A stretch of DNA of 64,000 nt from Alphaproteobacteria bacterium (lineage in GTDB: Bacteria; Pseudomonadota; Alphaproteobacteria; Paracaedibacterales; VGCI01), in the NCBI GenBank assembly GCA_016869075.1, contig VGEY01000003.1:4657-68656 (forward strand), given 5' to 3'. Of the stretch, positions 9,264-20,418 are shown one piece after another. The first letter of the stretch is position 1. Each line of letters opens with the position of its first letter. The notes beneath the pieces were generated by a model, which was not told the DNA's origin, did no database searches, and saw only the letters and a list, made by a program, of their open reading frames with translations. A program made the translations under genes and the position numbers.

Positions 9264-11465
9264 ATGAGCATCAAAGGGCGCATTATATCTTTCATTTTGT
9301 TTTACATGATTTTTGGTTCTACCTTAAGTGTGTCATTGGATAGCTCCTTATTTGATCGAGAAGGAGGTAACTCTGCTAGATCAGCCTCCGCTCCTCAATT
9401 AAGAGAGCAATGCCCTAGTATTCAATCTTATGGAGCTGCCTCTTCGGGCTCTGCCCCTCCACCACTTCTTGGATCTTGGTCTAGATCTTCTCTGACTAAT
9501 GCTGATATTGATGCACTTCTGGCAGATGAAAAAAATCGCGCAATGATTGATGAATTTAATAGTAAATTATCAGTAAGAAGTGAAAGACTCCCCGAGGTAG
9601 CAGAATGGCCGGTAGAGCTACGTGAACCCTTAACTGAAAGATCTCTAACTCCCCTTGATGCAGAGCTTCAGGAAAAGAAAGGAAAATGGGTGAGATATCG
9701 CTGGGCGTTAGGAAAACCAACGCGTGCCAATTTTGATACGGTAGAAAACTCGAAATGGCAAGAGGCGCGCGATGTTGTAATTGACAGTCTCTGTACGCGC
9801 GCCGATGGATTAATCCATGTTGAAAGAGCGAGTGAGATTCAAATTAGGGAGGCATTTAAGACATTTAGTGGTCCCGTTATTGCTGTAACGGAGCTTGGGG
9901 GGGTATTTTTTAACTTTGCTAATAGAGAAAGCAGAGATGTTGTGGTGGTGCCGATTGTAGCTCTATCTGCCTTGCTTGGCCTTACGGCAACGCAAGCTGA
10001 TGTCCCTCTTGCGGTGGTAAGTTTGGGAGAAACTTTTAATTTGGCCATCAGTGGCCCGGGAAGTGATACAATTATGGCTTTGGTAACAAGCTTATCTCTC
10101 CTTCCATACACGCATCAATATTCAAAGCTTTTTCTTACACTTGTGCGCCATTGGTACAAAGAACCCTTAAATAAAATGCGTCGTAAGGAAAGTGGATTAC
10201 AAGGAGCGGCAAAAGTGATGGTTGTTCTTAGTTCACTTGTGAGAGCGGGCGTCAAGCTTGCCTATCTTCTTGCTTTAGAGTCAGATTCGAGCGTGAAGGG
10301 GGGCCGTGTGTTTGCAGCTATTGTAGGGGGACCTTCCGTATTTTCTGAATGGTTATGGCAAATGAAAGTAGGCAGAACAGCCCTTGATAATTCTTATCAT
10401 CTTAATATGCGAGATGCCTTGACTGACAATAAAAGAAGAATCATAAGAAAGGGAATTGAAAACTGTCTTTTGAGAGCAAGTCAAGATTCTGTTTTCTGCG
10501 ATAAGGTATTTGGAGTGGTTAAAAGTAATTTTCGTTCGCACTTTCATTTTGAGCAATGGATCATTGAAAGTGTTGCTCTTAATTCGACAAGAATGGATCG
10601 AGAAGTTGCTCTATCTGCGTTATTTTTGATTCATGGTTCTCATCGTACTCAAGACACGGCCTTTGGGTGCGATTTCCAAACCATTTCATCAGACTTACAG
10701 GGAGGAACATTTTCTCGGTATCTAGTAGATGCAACATCGGGAATTGCAACAGCAGTTAGTTTCATAGGAACATCTTATGGTGTTGAAAATTTAATATTAA
10801 AAAAATTGTTTCATTTGGATCCTTCCACGGCTGTAACAATTACCTCTAAAGCTATTGGAGGGGCGTATGCTATTGCAACTGGTCTTCTGAAATTTAGAGC
10901 CCCCCTCGATCAGCAATATAATGTGAGACAAATTTCGCCCACTTACAAAAGCTTTCCAATATGGAGAGGCCTAGGCCGTGTGGCCAGCACGATCAATTCA
11001 GCGCTGCAGATGTGGTGGCCCGTTTCTATTGCAAATCAGGCTTTTGAGGCCGCCTCTGCGACAAAGGATGTGGTTATTCCCGTGTTAGCGTGTTATGCAG
11101 GTCATGAATTTGCTACGGCTGATAGACGCTATAATGAGGGAATTCAGGATACCATTACACATGTAGGTTTAAGAACGATGAATTGGGATAACCCTTCTTC
11201 AAGTGCAAAACTTAATTTAATAACTTATGTGGGTGGTAAATTAGCGAAAGAGATTGATCGTTTTCCTATTCAAACTGTCCAAGACCTTTATGAAGTTATT
11301 TTTGCCTCTCATCTTGACCCGGAAAATATGGCGATGACTTCCGCAATCATTTCTCAAAATGATGTCGAAAGTGCAGTTGCCGCGGCCGCGCGAGCTGCTG
11401 CACCTCCTCTTCTTGTATCTGCAGGACTTGCTAGCGCTAAAGAAAAACATAAAAGCACACGCTGA
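9264..11465 (+). CDS. Large hypothetical protein, signal peptide plus several hydrophobic helices
   Basis: About 733-aa ORF; GGAG RBS before ATG 9264 (track start 9252); Ser/Pro-rich N-terminal region; no family recognised. Confidence 0.8.
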   Translation: MSIKGRIISFILFYMIFGSTLSVSLDSSLFDREGGNSARSASAPQLREQCPSIQSYGAASSGSAPPPLLGSWSRSSLTNADIDALLADEKNRAMIDEFNSKLSVRSERLPEVAEWPVELREPLTERSLTPLDAELQEKKGKWVRYRWALGKPTRANFDTVENSKWQEARDVVIDSLCTRADGLIHVERASEIQIREAFKTFSGPVIAVTELGGVFFNFANRESRDVVVVPIVALSALLGLTATQADVPLAVVSLGETFNLAISGPGSDTIMALVTSLSLLPYTHQYSKLFLTLVRHWYKEPLNKMRRKESGLQGAAKVMVVLSSLVRAGVKLAYLLALESDSSVKGGRVFAAIVGGPSVFSEWLWQMKVGRTALDNSYHLNMRDALTDNKRRIIRKGIENCLLRASQDSVFCDKVFGVVKSNFRSHFHFEQWIIESVALNSTRMDREVALSALFLIHGSHRTQDTAFGCDFQTISSDLQGGTFSRYLVDATSGIATAVSFIGTSYGVENLILKKLFHLDPSTAVTITSKAIGGAYAIATGLLKFRAPLDQQYNVRQISPTYKSFPIWRGLGRVASTINSALQMWWPVSIANQAFEAASATKDVVIPVLACYAGHEFATADRRYNEGIQDTITHVGLRTMNWDNPSSSAKLNLITYVGGKLAKEIDRFPIQTVQDLYEVIFASHLDPENMAMTSAIISQNDVESAVAAAARAAAPPLLVSAGLASAKEKHKSTR

Positions 11466-11480
11466 GGTTATTAAACAGAA

Positions 11481-12326
11481 ATGCACACAAGTCTCTTTCT
11501 TATAAAATTCTTCGTGGGGTTCTCCAGCATTTTTGTTTGGTGCAAAACTGAAGCAGTTGAACAACTTGTAATGCGGCGACCTTACGAAGAAGCATTTATA
11601 GAGGGAAAGAAAATACAGAGACAGGTTTTAGTTCACCTTCTCCCGCACCATAATTTGCCAGATGATTTAGGAGAAGCTCCTCATGAGCAGGCATTCTGGA
11701 CAGAAGCGCGAAAACAATTTTGTAAGGTAATGGAAGAAGACCAAGGAGAATTTCACTCTCTTACAAATCTTTTGGGACAATCAAATGCCTGCTTTACAAA
11801 AAGCCTGAAGTTACATCCCCATTTCCCTTACCCCCTTTATTATATGGGAATAAATTGGTGTATGGGGGGAAATGTTTTGAAGGCTGAGGATTATTGTAGA
11901 CTGTTAGAGAATAAAGAAAAAGAACAGCAAGTAATAGAAAGAAAATGGAAGTTTCCGCTGTTGCAAGCTCTCATTGGAATTCATATTGAAATGAATTTAA
12001 AAATTGAACGAGAAAAATCTGAAGCGCAACGCCTTTATCTTTTTAATGAAATGGCTGGTTTTGCCGTTGCCGCTTTTACACTTGTGTATTGTCGAGAACA
12101 TGTGATGCAGGGGGTTGGGAATGTTGGACAAAGTCTATTGGGGCCTGGTTATGGTGATGCTTGGAAGGTACTCATAGAACTTAGGAATATAATTCCTGGT
12201 TGTCAGTTCCTGATTGAGCCCGCAATAATCTTCACATTGACAAAAAATGCAACGCATGCAGTTTTTGACTTTGCAATGCCCTATGTTTATAAAACCAGGC
12301 CTGCTGCTCATCTGAAGGAGGAGTGA
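11481..12326 (+). CDS. Hypothetical exported protein
   Basis: 281-aa ORF 15 bp after the previous gene, GAGG upstream; signal-like N-terminus ending TEA|VE. Confidence 0.7.
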   Translation: MHTSLFLIKFFVGFSSIFVWCKTEAVEQLVMRRPYEEAFIEGKKIQRQVLVHLLPHHNLPDDLGEAPHEQAFWTEARKQFCKVMEEDQGEFHSLTNLLGQSNACFTKSLKLHPHFPYPLYYMGINWCMGGNVLKAEDYCRLLENKEKEQQVIERKWKFPLLQALIGIHIEMNLKIEREKSEAQRLYLFNEMAGFAVAAFTLVYCREHVMQGVGNVGQSLLGPGYGDAWKVLIELRNIIPGCQFLIEPAIIFTLTKNATHAVFDFAMPYVYKTRPAAHLKEE

Positions 12327-13088
12327 TTACCAAGCTGGAATAACAGCACCTTTATAAGTTGTTTCAATGAAGTTTTGAATTTCTTTGCTTTGATAGAACT
12401 TTACGAATTTTTTGATCTCATCTTTTGACTCGTCTCCGATACGGACCACCAGAACGTTTGCGTAAGGAGAATCTTTGTCTTCTTGAAGGATGGCTGATTT
12501 GGGATCAAGCCCTCCCAAAAGAATCCAATCTGTATTAATAGCAGCTGCATCAACATCATTCAAAGATTGGGGTAAAAGGGGTGATTCAATTTCTATAAAA
12601 GACAAGTTCTTTGGGTTTGAAGTAATATCCAAAACAGAAGGAATTGGCACATCTTTAACTTCAATTGCTCCAGCTTTAGATAATAATTTTAGGGCACGCC
12701 CTCCATTGGTTGGATCATTAGGAATGGCAACTTTTGCTCCCTTTGAAAGCTCACTCAAGGAATTAATTTTCTTTGAATAAATTCCAAGTGGCATCACAAC
12801 TGTTTTTGCAATGACTTTCAATTTATAGCCACGACTCTCAGTTTGGCTGTTTAAAAAAGGTTCGTGTTGGTAGCTATTTATATCGAGATCGTTATTATTT
12901 AAAGCCTCATTAGGCAGGATGAAATCATTAAATTCTTTTATCTCAATATCTAAGCCATTCTTTTTTGCGACCTCACTTATTTTCTTTACAATATCTGCAT
13001 GGGGGCCTGCGGTTACTCCCACTTTTAGAGCAGTGGTAGAAAAGCATAAAGAAAAAAAGATCTGTAGTACTAAAAGAGGGTATTTCAT
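12327..13088 (-). CDS. metQ: Methionine ABC transporter substrate-binding protein
   Basis: LKVGVTAGPH, FNDFILPNEAL, YQHEPFL, AIPNDPTNGGRAL, SPYAN. Confidence 0.93.
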   Translation of the reverse strand: MKYPLLVLQIFFSLCFSTTALKVGVTAGPHADIVKKISEVAKKNGLDIEIKEFNDFILPNEALNNNDLDINSYQHEPFLNSQTESRGYKLKVIAKTVVMPLGIYSKKINSLSELSKGAKVAIPNDPTNGGRALKLLSKAGAIEVKDVPIPSVLDITSNPKNLSFIEIESPLLPQSLNDVDAAAINTDWILLGGLDPKSAILQEDKDSPYANVLVVRIGDESKDEIKKFVKFYQSKEIQNFIETTYKGAVIPAW

Positions 13089-13102
13089 ATAAATATGATC
13101 CT

Positions 13103-13741
13103 TTATTTAGAGAGTTTACGAGAAATCAAATCACCGCTCATTTGTATGCCTTGCACAAAAGCGACCAAAATTGCGACAATGATGATCATTAAAGAAAAGT
13201 CATAGCGTTGATATCCATAGCGAATTGCTAAATCTCCAAGGCCACCACCGCCAACAGCTCCTGCCATGGCAGAAAAACCTATAAGATTAATAATGACGGT
13301 TGTAACATCAGCTGTTATAGAGGGCAACGCTTCGTATAAAAGAATTTTCGATATAATTTGCAGCTTTGAAGCTCCCATTGCTAAACCTACTTCTACTAAT
13401 TCATAGTCAACATTTCTTAGAGAATTTTCAACTTTACGCGCAACAAGAAGGATGCCTGCTAAGCTTAAGGGAATTATTGCAGCAAACGTGCCTATGGAAG
13501 AACCGACCATGAGTCGTGTAATGGGAACTAAAAGGACGACGAGAATTATGTAGGGAATTGATCTGATCGCATTTACCAGTGTGCTTAAAGCATGATTAAA
13601 AATTGAATGCGGTAAAAGTCCATTAGGAGAAGTTATATTAAGTAAAATTGCCAATGGTAGTCCTAAAAATACGGAAAAGAAAGAGGCTGCACCAACAATA
13701 AGAAGTGTCTCTAAACTGGATTGGAGAAGAAGGGATGTCAT
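13103..13741 (-). CDS. metI: Methionine ABC transporter permease
   Basis: VNAIRSIPYIIL, GSSIG, SAMAGAVGGGGLGDLAIRYGYQRY. Confidence 0.95.
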   Translation of the reverse strand: MTSLLLQSSLETLLIVGAASFFSVFLGLPLAILLNITSPNGLLPHSIFNHALSTLVNAIRSIPYIILVVLLVPITRLMVGSSIGTFAAIIPLSLAGILLVARKVENSLRNVDYELVEVGLAMGASKLQIISKILLYEALPSITADVTTVIINLIGFSAMAGAVGGGGLGDLAIRYGYQRYDFSLMIIIVAILVAFVQGIQMSGDLISRKLSK

Positions 13742-14817
13742 GGTTGAGGTATATATCCTAATATTTCGGCTGCTATGCCGTGCGTTTGAAAATAATCCAA
13801 AAGTTTTGGGAGTTGCTCATCTTTTTTAGGTGTGCCCTGAAGAGGAAGAGTTACGATCATTGATCCACATGTTACTTCCTGTATGTGTCCTAAATTTCCC
13901 GCAATAATGTTAAGAGGAACTTTAAACTTTTGAATTGCTGAAGCAAGAGTTGGCCTGGAGGATGTCTTACCCGAAAACATCAAGCGGAGAACTGCATGAT
14001 CATTCTTTAGGGGTTTGGCATGTAAAGTTTCATGAATAGTGCGCGGTAAATCTTTGGTAAATAAATGACTGATAAGTGATTTTGTTACAGGATGTTGGGG
14101 TCTTAAGAGTATAGATTCAATTGTTCCTATCTCAACCACTTTCCCATCATCTAAAACGCAGACTTGATCACAAATTTCACGAATAACTGACATATCATGT
14201 GTGACTAAAACAATGGTAATACCTAGGCGCTGGTTTAGATCACGTAAAAGAGACAAAATTTCTAAAGCGGTTTCGGGATCTAGAGAACTTGTAAACTCAT
14301 CGCACAAGAGAAGCGTAACGTCTGAGACAATAGCCCGTGCAATGGCAACACGCTGGCATTGTCCACCACTTAGTTGGTTAGGATATGAATTGTACTTGTC
14401 ACTTAAACCAACTAAGTCTGCCATTTTGCGGGCTTTGATTTTGATTTCTTTTGGAGAAATACCCATAATTTCCAATGGGAGAGCAATGTTCTGTAAAACG
14501 GTTCGTCGACTTAGGAGATTGAAATGTTGAAAGACAGTTCCAATTTTGTGAAGTATTTTTCTACGCTCGTGAGACTGTTTTGTGCCTAACATTTTTTTCT
14601 GAATATAAATTTTTCCTGAAAGCGGTTTCTCAAGACCGTTGAGACACCGCAACAAAGTACTTTTCCCGGCCCCGCTTCGTCCAATGATGCCAAAAATTTG
14701 TCCGTTGGGAATGGACAATGAAATACCATTCAAAACATCTAATATGCCTTGCTCTGAAACGTATGTTGTCCGAAGATCGGTGACTGAAATTGCTAGATTG
14801 GTGAACGTAAACCCCAC
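13738..14817 (-). CDS. metN: Methionine ABC transporter ATP-binding protein
   Basis: GIIGRSGAGKSTL, FQHFNLL, LSGGQCQRVAIARA, LLCDE, C-terminal NIL-like domain. Confidence 0.93.
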   Translation of the reverse strand: MGFTFTNLAISVTDLRTTYVSEQGILDVLNGISLSIPNGQIFGIIGRSGAGKSTLLRCLNGLEKPLSGKIYIQKKMLGTKQSHERRKILHKIGTVFQHFNLLSRRTVLQNIALPLEIMGISPKEIKIKARKMADLVGLSDKYNSYPNQLSGGQCQRVAIARAIVSDVTLLLCDEFTSSLDPETALEILSLLRDLNQRLGITIVLVTHDMSVIREICDQVCVLDDGKVVEIGTIESILLRPQHPVTKSLISHLFTKDLPRTIHETLHAKPLKNDHAVLRLMFSGKTSSRPTLASAIQKFKVPLNIIAGNLGHIQEVTCGSMIVTLPLQGTPKKDEQLPKLLDYFQTHGIAAEILGYIPQP

Positions 14818-15179
14818 ATATTGTGCAACATTTGAAGGTACTTGCTTTTAATATATATCAAAAAAACTAATTCTTAAAGTAAGACAGAGCGGAATTTTTT
14901 AATTATACGAAAATCCAAGTCTATTTTCCAAAGCCAAATATTTCCTTTTAAAAAATAATCTTTCTCTCAGGCATTAAGAAGGAAGATGATTTATGTTTTT
15001 TTACCCTAAACCTTTTCTCAAGTTTATTCAAGGACAATATGTCTCAGTTGGTTGCTTAAAACAATCATTTTTAACTTTCAAGATTTAAATAATTGCTGTT
15101 TTTTGATAAAAACTTATTGATAAAAGAACAAGCCAATGGTTGAATGCTAAATATTAAAACTTTAATTAAAGGAAAATCT

Positions 15180-15725
15180 ATGTATAATATTATAAAAACA
15201 AGCAGAGTCCTTAAGAGAGTTTTTAGTTTTCTCGTTATTATTCCATCTTTATTAACTTTGGTATTGTGGGTATGTACGTCACATTTAGGGATTGGTTTAT
15301 ATGCTAAATTATTTGGGTATTTGAATTTATCAAATGTTTTTATTAAGAATGATTTATTTGTTACAATGACTTTTCCAATCTTTATTCTTTTTGTAGTTAT
15401 ATTCGCAATACAAACTTATTGGTTCTGGCAACTTAAACAGTTATTTGGGTTTTATTCTGAAGGGAGAACTTTCACTTCGAAAAATAGTGCATATCTCTAT
15501 CGTGCAGCATTGTCATTTATGATGATTGCTTTTTTTCAAATGCTGATTAATGGCTTGCCCAGTACATACTTAACGGCTAATAATTCTGAAGGACACGTAC
15601 TTTTGAATATAATCTTTGCAATATTGCAGGTTTGCAATATTCTCATGGGATTTGTCTTACTGGTGGTTGCTCAAATCATGGAAGAAGGGCAACGTTTAAA
15701 AGAAGAGATTGATTTTACAATCTAA
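15180..15725 (+). CDS. DUF2975-type membrane protein
   Basis: Four hydrophobic segments; LFGFYSEGRTF; C-terminal IMEEGQRLKEEIDFTI; paired with an HTH gene. ATG 15180 has AAGGA upstream (track start 15144). Confidence 0.8.
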   Translation: MYNIIKTSRVLKRVFSFLVIIPSLLTLVLWVCTSHLGIGLYAKLFGYLNLSNVFIKNDLFVTMTFPIFILFVVIFAIQTYWFWQLKQLFGFYSEGRTFTSKNSAYLYRAALSFMMIAFFQMLINGLPSTYLTANNSEGHVLLNIIFAILQVCNILMGFVLLVVAQIMEEGQRLKEEIDFTI

Positions 15726-15748
15726 GGTTGGTACAGGGAAGGGGACCG

Positions 15749-16054
15749 ATGGCCATCATTACGAATTTGGATGTTATGCTTGCAAAGCGTAAGATGAGCT
15801 CTAAAGACTTAGCTGAGGTTATTGGTATAACCATACAAAATCTCTCAATTCTAAAAACTGGTAAAGCCCGTGCAATCCGCTTTTCTACGCTTGATTCCAT
15901 CTGTAAAGTTCTTCAATGCCAGCCAGGTGATATATTTGAATATCAGCCAGACGAGAATATGGAACGAGTGATCAATAATGGAAGAGGAAGTCCAGAGAAC
16001 AATGAGTCAAGTTCTGGTAAAAAGACTTTTTTCGTCATTCGCAACAATAAATAA
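15749..16054 (+). CDS. Cro/C1-type HTH transcriptional regulator (YozG family)
   Basis: MAIITNLDVMLAKRKM...NLSILKTGKARAIRFSTLDSICKVLQCQPGDI; ATG 15749 (track start 15728). Confidence 0.9.
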   Translation: MAIITNLDVMLAKRKMSSKDLAEVIGITIQNLSILKTGKARAIRFSTLDSICKVLQCQPGDIFEYQPDENMERVINNGRGSPENNESSSGKKTFFVIRNNK

Positions 16055-16101
16055 AAATTGATCAAACGTTCTTTTAATAACAAATTTTTAACCTAAAAAA
16101 G

Positions 16102-18693
16102 CTAGCTCTTAATTATTATGCCTTCTTTGTTACTGCTTATACTGACATTAGACCCTTCTCCGAGAGTTCCCTCAAGTAATTTCAAAGCGAGTGGATCTTG
16201 TAACGTCCTCTGAATAACGCGTTTCAGGGGGCGTGCACCATATAAAGGATCGAAGCCTGCTTCAGATAACCATTCAAGAGCTTTATCATCAACATCGAGC
16301 GTAATTTTTCTATCTTCAAGTCGCTTTTGTAAATCCTGTAACTGTATTTTTACAATTTTTGCCATATTTTGTCGGGTGAGACGATGGAAGACGATGATCT
16401 CATCTAAGCGGTTTAAAAATTCAGGCCGAAATGCTTGCTTAACAATCTTCATGACTTGATCTTGCATATGAGGGGTAATGTCTCCTTCCATTGTATCTGT
16501 CAATATTTCAGCACCTAGATTAGATGTTAAAATTATGAGAGTGTTTTTAAAATCAACTGTACGGCCTTGGCCATCTGTGAGTCGTCCCTCGTCAAGTACC
16601 TGCAGAAGGATATTAAAAACATCTCTATGAGCTTTTTCCACTTCATCGAATAAAATAACTTGATAAGGACGACGACGTACGGCTTCTGTTAACTCCCCTC
16701 CTTGTTCATAACCGACATAGCCCGGAGGCGCACCGATTAAGCGAGATACAGCATGCTTTTCCATATATTCGGACATATCAATACGCACCATATTTGTTTC
16801 ATCATCAAATAGGAAAGCAGCGAGCGCTTTCGTCAATTCTGTTTTTCCAACGCCGGTGGGGCCTAAAAAGAGAAAAGATCCCATAGGGCGATTAGGGTCT
16901 TGTAAGCCCGCCCGTGCTCGACGGACTGCACTTGAAATGGCCTTTATGGCTTCTTCTTGACCAATAACTCGTTGCCTAAGCGCGTCTTCCATGCCCAAAA
17001 GCTTATCTTTTTCTCCTGTGAGCATCTTTTCAACTGGAATTCCAGTCCATCGGGCGACAATAGAAGCAATATCCTGCTCAGTCACTTCCTCTTTAAGTGA
17101 GCGCTGAGTTTGTTTAGATTCAATATCTTTTAACTTTGCCTCAATATCAGGAATCAACCCATACATAATTTGCCCAGCACGTGCTAAGTCACCTTTACGC
17201 TGAGATACCTCTAGTTCCGATCGTAATGAATCGAGTTGTTCCTTTAATTTTTGTGCTTGAGAAAGCGTTTCTTTCTCAGCATGCCATACAGAGCTTAAGC
17301 TTCGTGATTTTTCTTCAAGTTCAGCTAATTCCTTTTCAATTTTGTTCAAACGATCTTGAGATGCAGTGTCACTTTCGCGCTTTAAGGCCTCTCGTTCAAT
17401 TTTCAATTGAATAATACGACGATCCAGTTCATCAATTTCTTCAGGTTTTGAGTCTACTATCATGCGTAAACGACTGGCTGCTTCATCCATTAAGTCAATG
17501 GCTTTATCAGGCAAAAAGCGATCACTTATATACCGATTTGAAAGCGTACAAGATGCAACAATTGCGCCATCACTGATGCGTACACCATGATGAAGTTCAT
17601 ATTTTTCCTTTAATCCTCGTAAAATAGAAATTGAGTCTTCCACCGTTGGTTCTGATACAAAGACAGGTTGAAAGCGGCGTGCAAGAGCAGCATCCTTTTC
17701 AATATGTTGGCGGTATTCATCTAAAGTTGTTGCCCCAAGACAATGCAACTCTCCTCGTGCCAGGGCTGGCTTAAGCATATTGCTGGCATCCATTGCTCCA
17801 TCCGCTTTACCTGCACCTATAAGGGTATGTAATTCATCAATGAAAAGAATTATATCTCCATCAGAATGGGTGATTTCATTTAATACGGCTTTAAGACGTT
17901 CTTCGAATTCACCCCTATATTTGGCTCCAGCAATGAGAGCACCTAAATCAAGAGACATGAGCTGGGTTTCACGTAAAGTTTCTGGGACATCTCCATTTAC
18001 AATGCGCTGTGCTAGTCCTTCCACGATGGCGGTTTTTCCCACACCTGGCTCCCCTATAAGGACAGGATTGTTTTTCGTACGGCGGGAGAGAACTTGTATT
18101 GTGCGACGAATCTCTTCATCTCGCCCGATAACCGGGTCTATTTTTCCGTCTCTGGCAGCTTGAGTAAGATTGCGTGCATACCTTTTAAGCGCATCGTATG
18201 TATCTTCTGCACTGGATGAATCAGCTTTACGGCCTTTTCTTAAGTCTGCTATTGCTTTATTAAGGGAACTCGACGTAATACCTGCTTTAGTAAATAATGT
18301 TTTTGTGGGTTCTACCATTGAAAGCGCCAAAAATAAAATTTCAACCGTTACAAAGCGGTCACCCATTTTATCTGCAGCTTTCTCTGCTGCTTCAAATACT
18401 TGAGCAACTTCAGGAGAAAGATAAACTTGTCCTGCGCCTGCTCCCGAAATTTTAGGTTGCTTATCCAATATTTCCTGAACCAAAGAAAGTAAGTGTGTTC
18501 CTGAGTCTTTGCCCCCGGCTTTTTCTTTTGCGGCTGCTTGCTCAGAAAGTTGACGGCAAAGCCCTTCTTCATCTTCGAGAAGTACTTTTGTTATGTGTTC
18601 AGCCATAAGACGTTGATGACCTTCTCTCAAGGCCAGCATTTGGCTTGATTGAATCATCCCTTGAGCACGTTGTGTGTAGCGTTCACTATTCAT
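16102..18693 (-). CDS. clpB: ATP-dependent chaperone ClpB
   Basis: [20 protein letters not shown], coiled-coil middle domain, [25 protein letters not shown]. Confidence 0.98.
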   Translation of the reverse strand: MNSERYTQRAQGMIQSSQMLALREGHQRLMAEHITKVLLEDEEGLCRQLSEQAAAKEKAGGKDSGTHLLSLVQEILDKQPKISGAGAGQVYLSPEVAQVFEAAEKAADKMGDRFVTVEILFLALSMVEPTKTLFTKAGITSSSLNKAIADLRKGRKADSSSAEDTYDALKRYARNLTQAARDGKIDPVIGRDEEIRRTIQVLSRRTKNNPVLIGEPGVGKTAIVEGLAQRIVNGDVPETLRETQLMSLDLGALIAGAKYRGEFEERLKAVLNEITHSDGDIILFIDELHTLIGAGKADGAMDASNMLKPALARGELHCLGATTLDEYRQHIEKDAALARRFQPVFVSEPTVEDSISILRGLKEKYELHHGVRISDGAIVASCTLSNRYISDRFLPDKAIDLMDEAASRLRMIVDSKPEEIDELDRRIIQLKIEREALKRESDTASQDRLNKIEKELAELEEKSRSLSSVWHAEKETLSQAQKLKEQLDSLRSELEVSQRKGDLARAGQIMYGLIPDIEAKLKDIESKQTQRSLKEEVTEQDIASIVARWTGIPVEKMLTGEKDKLLGMEDALRQRVIGQEEAIKAISSAVRRARAGLQDPNRPMGSFLFLGPTGVGKTELTKALAAFLFDDETNMVRIDMSEYMEKHAVSRLIGAPPGYVGYEQGGELTEAVRRRPYQVILFDEVEKAHRDVFNILLQVLDEGRLTDGQGRTVDFKNTLIILTSNLGAEILTDTMEGDITPHMQDQVMKIVKQAFRPEFLNRLDEIIVFHRLTRQNMAKIVKIQLQDLQKRLEDRKITLDVDDKALEWLSEAGFDPLYGARPLKRVIQRTLQDPLALKLLEGTLGEGSNVSISSNKEGIIIKS

Positions 18694-19043
18694 AAATATG
18701 CCTCTTTTTAAAAGTGTTTAATTTCCGCATTGTGATACAAAATATGAATATTTAAAGTCGATTAATATTATCACAAAATTGGAGTAAGCTGCTGAAAAAT
18801 ATTTTCATTCAAAAATTTTTATTGAGTAGATTTAAAAGGAATCTTCGAAACAGTCCTCTTATAGGAGAATGCGAAGGGATTTGTCTTAATTATTTATTAA
18901 CAAAATTGCATTCCAAGCATTTTTGTAAGAAACCTAAATGAGATCTATAAAGCTTATAAGGCAGAAATAGATCGTCAAAGCGTAGTAAATCTTGAAAACA
19001 AAATTTACCTAGAAAAGATGAAAGATGAGATTGCTGTTGGAAA

Positions 19044-19430
19044 CTACAAATTTGCTTGAGCCATTGCTAACTCTTGTTCGATTGACAATTCAAAGTCATT
19101 AGCTGGAACCATAGCCTCTTGAGAAGGTGCTGATGCTTCACAGCGAGGAAGGACAAGGATATTTTCTTTAAATTCATTACTGAGGCGTAAATAATGTTCA
19201 GCTTGCTGGTAATAACTTTCTGCTTGGATTCGATCACCGGCAAGCATCGCTTCGCGTGCTAATGCGGTATATTTCTCAACTGAATTTTGAATATTATTGC
19301 GTAAGTTTCCGCGAACATTTTCCCCTTGAGAGAAATCAGATGTGTTCATTTTCATTGAATTCTGCTGTTTAGTCCGCGTTGTTTGCGCAGTACGAGTACG
19401 TGCACGTTTCATCATAATTTGCTTCATCAT
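19044..19430 (-). CDS. DUF4167 domain protein
   Basis: EKYTALAREA...GDRIQAESYYQQAEHY; usual alphaproteobacterial position between prmC and clpB. Confidence 0.85.
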   Translation of the reverse strand: MMKQIMMKRARTRTAQTTRTKQQNSMKMNTSDFSQGENVRGNLRNNIQNSVEKYTALAREAMLAGDRIQAESYYQQAEHYLRLSNEFKENILVLPRCEASAPSQEAMVPANDFELSIEQELAMAQANL

Positions 19431-19575
19431 GAAATCCCCAAAACTATTTATGCCAATTAGGAAAAATTAAGCCGAAGTGATGTCTTTAAATTATTAACAA
19501 CTTCTAGCTCTAAACTTATTATAGACTAGTCATTTTTTTTTGGCAATAACTTTTTGCATATCTTTTATGCTAGTT

Positions 19576-20418
19576 CTACAGGACTGGTTTATATGCAAAA
19601 ATTCCACATCTAGTATGTATGCCGAGGTCCGAAACTGTTTTAATGAGGGAAAGATTGGAAAAAATAGAGGTTATAGCATCTAATTGACCGGCTCCCAGTT
19701 CTAAAAAAAACAATGAATATGGAGTAAGGAGGTTTGGAATGAGGCTAGAGAGCTCACGATAACATTTAAGACCATCATTCCCACCATAAAGCGCTAATTT
19801 AGGGTCAAACAAAGCAACTTCAGGGGGAAGGAATTCCTCATCCCTTACATAAGGTGGGTTGCTGATAATAATGTCAAAATATCCCGAAAGAGATTCGCAC
19901 CAATTACCAACAATAAAACATGCACGATTACTCAAATTTAATATGGCAGCATTTTGTTTTGCTATAGAAGATGTTGCTTCATTATAATCAACGCCAACTC
20001 CCCAAGCATTAGGATATTCGTGCAATAAGCTTAAAAGAAGGCAGCCTGTACCTGTTCCTAGATCTAGAATGCGGAAATGCTTTTTTTTGTCTGGAAAGAA
20101 CGATAGCACTGCCTCAATAAGAGTTTCGCTATCTGGCCTTGGATCAAGGGTATCTTTCGTTACGCGGAATGGGAGGCTCCAAAACTCTCTCTTTTCTGTA
20201 ATTTTTGATAAAGGCTCATAATTTTTTCGTCGCTGCAGAAGTTTGTGAAATGCCTCCGTTTCATCCTCTGTGAGCTGATAATCCTTTGAGAAAAAAAGTG
20301 TCTCATAAGGAATATTAAGACTATGTGCAAGAAGCAAACGAGCTTCGCGTAAGGGAATTTCAGCCCTATTTTCTAATTCTTTGGCTGCATTTTGAAGTAA
20401 TGAAAAAATTGAATTCAT
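19576..20418 (-). CDS. prmC: Release factor glutamine methyltransferase
   Basis: TLDPRPDSETL, ILDLGTGTGC, ISNPPY, ALYGGNDGL. Confidence 0.95.
   Translation of the reverse strand: MNSIFSLLQNAAKELENRAEIPLREARLLLAHSLNIPYETLFFSKDYQLTEDETEAFHKLLQRRKNYEPLSKITEKREFWSLPFRVTKDTLDPRPDSETLIEAVLSFFPDKKKHFRILDLGTGTGCLLLSLLHEYPNAWGVGVDYNEATSSIAKQNAAILNLSNRACFIVGNWCESLSGYFDIIISNPPYVRDEEFLPPEVALFDPKLALYGGNDGLKCYRELSSLIPNLLTPYSLFFLELGAGQLDAITSIFSNLSLIKTVSDLGIHTRCGIFAYKPVL

Noticed and set aside
14818-15143. SAM-type riboswitch upstream of metN
   Set aside because: I could not match SAM-II or SAM/SAH consensus elements by eye; an Infernal scan is needed.
16102-18693. ClpB as the T6SS ATPase ClpV/TssH
   Set aside because: It has the full ClpB coiled-coil middle domain and the housekeeping prmC-DUF4167-clpB context, 13 kb from the tss genes. 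A moonlighting role cannot be judged from sequence.
18730-18776. Inverted repeat ttgtgata-N31-tatcacaa upstream of clpB as a CIRCE/heat-shock operator
   Set aside because: Does not match CIRCE (TTAGCACTC-N9-GAGTGCTAA); a short AT-rich repeat could be chance.
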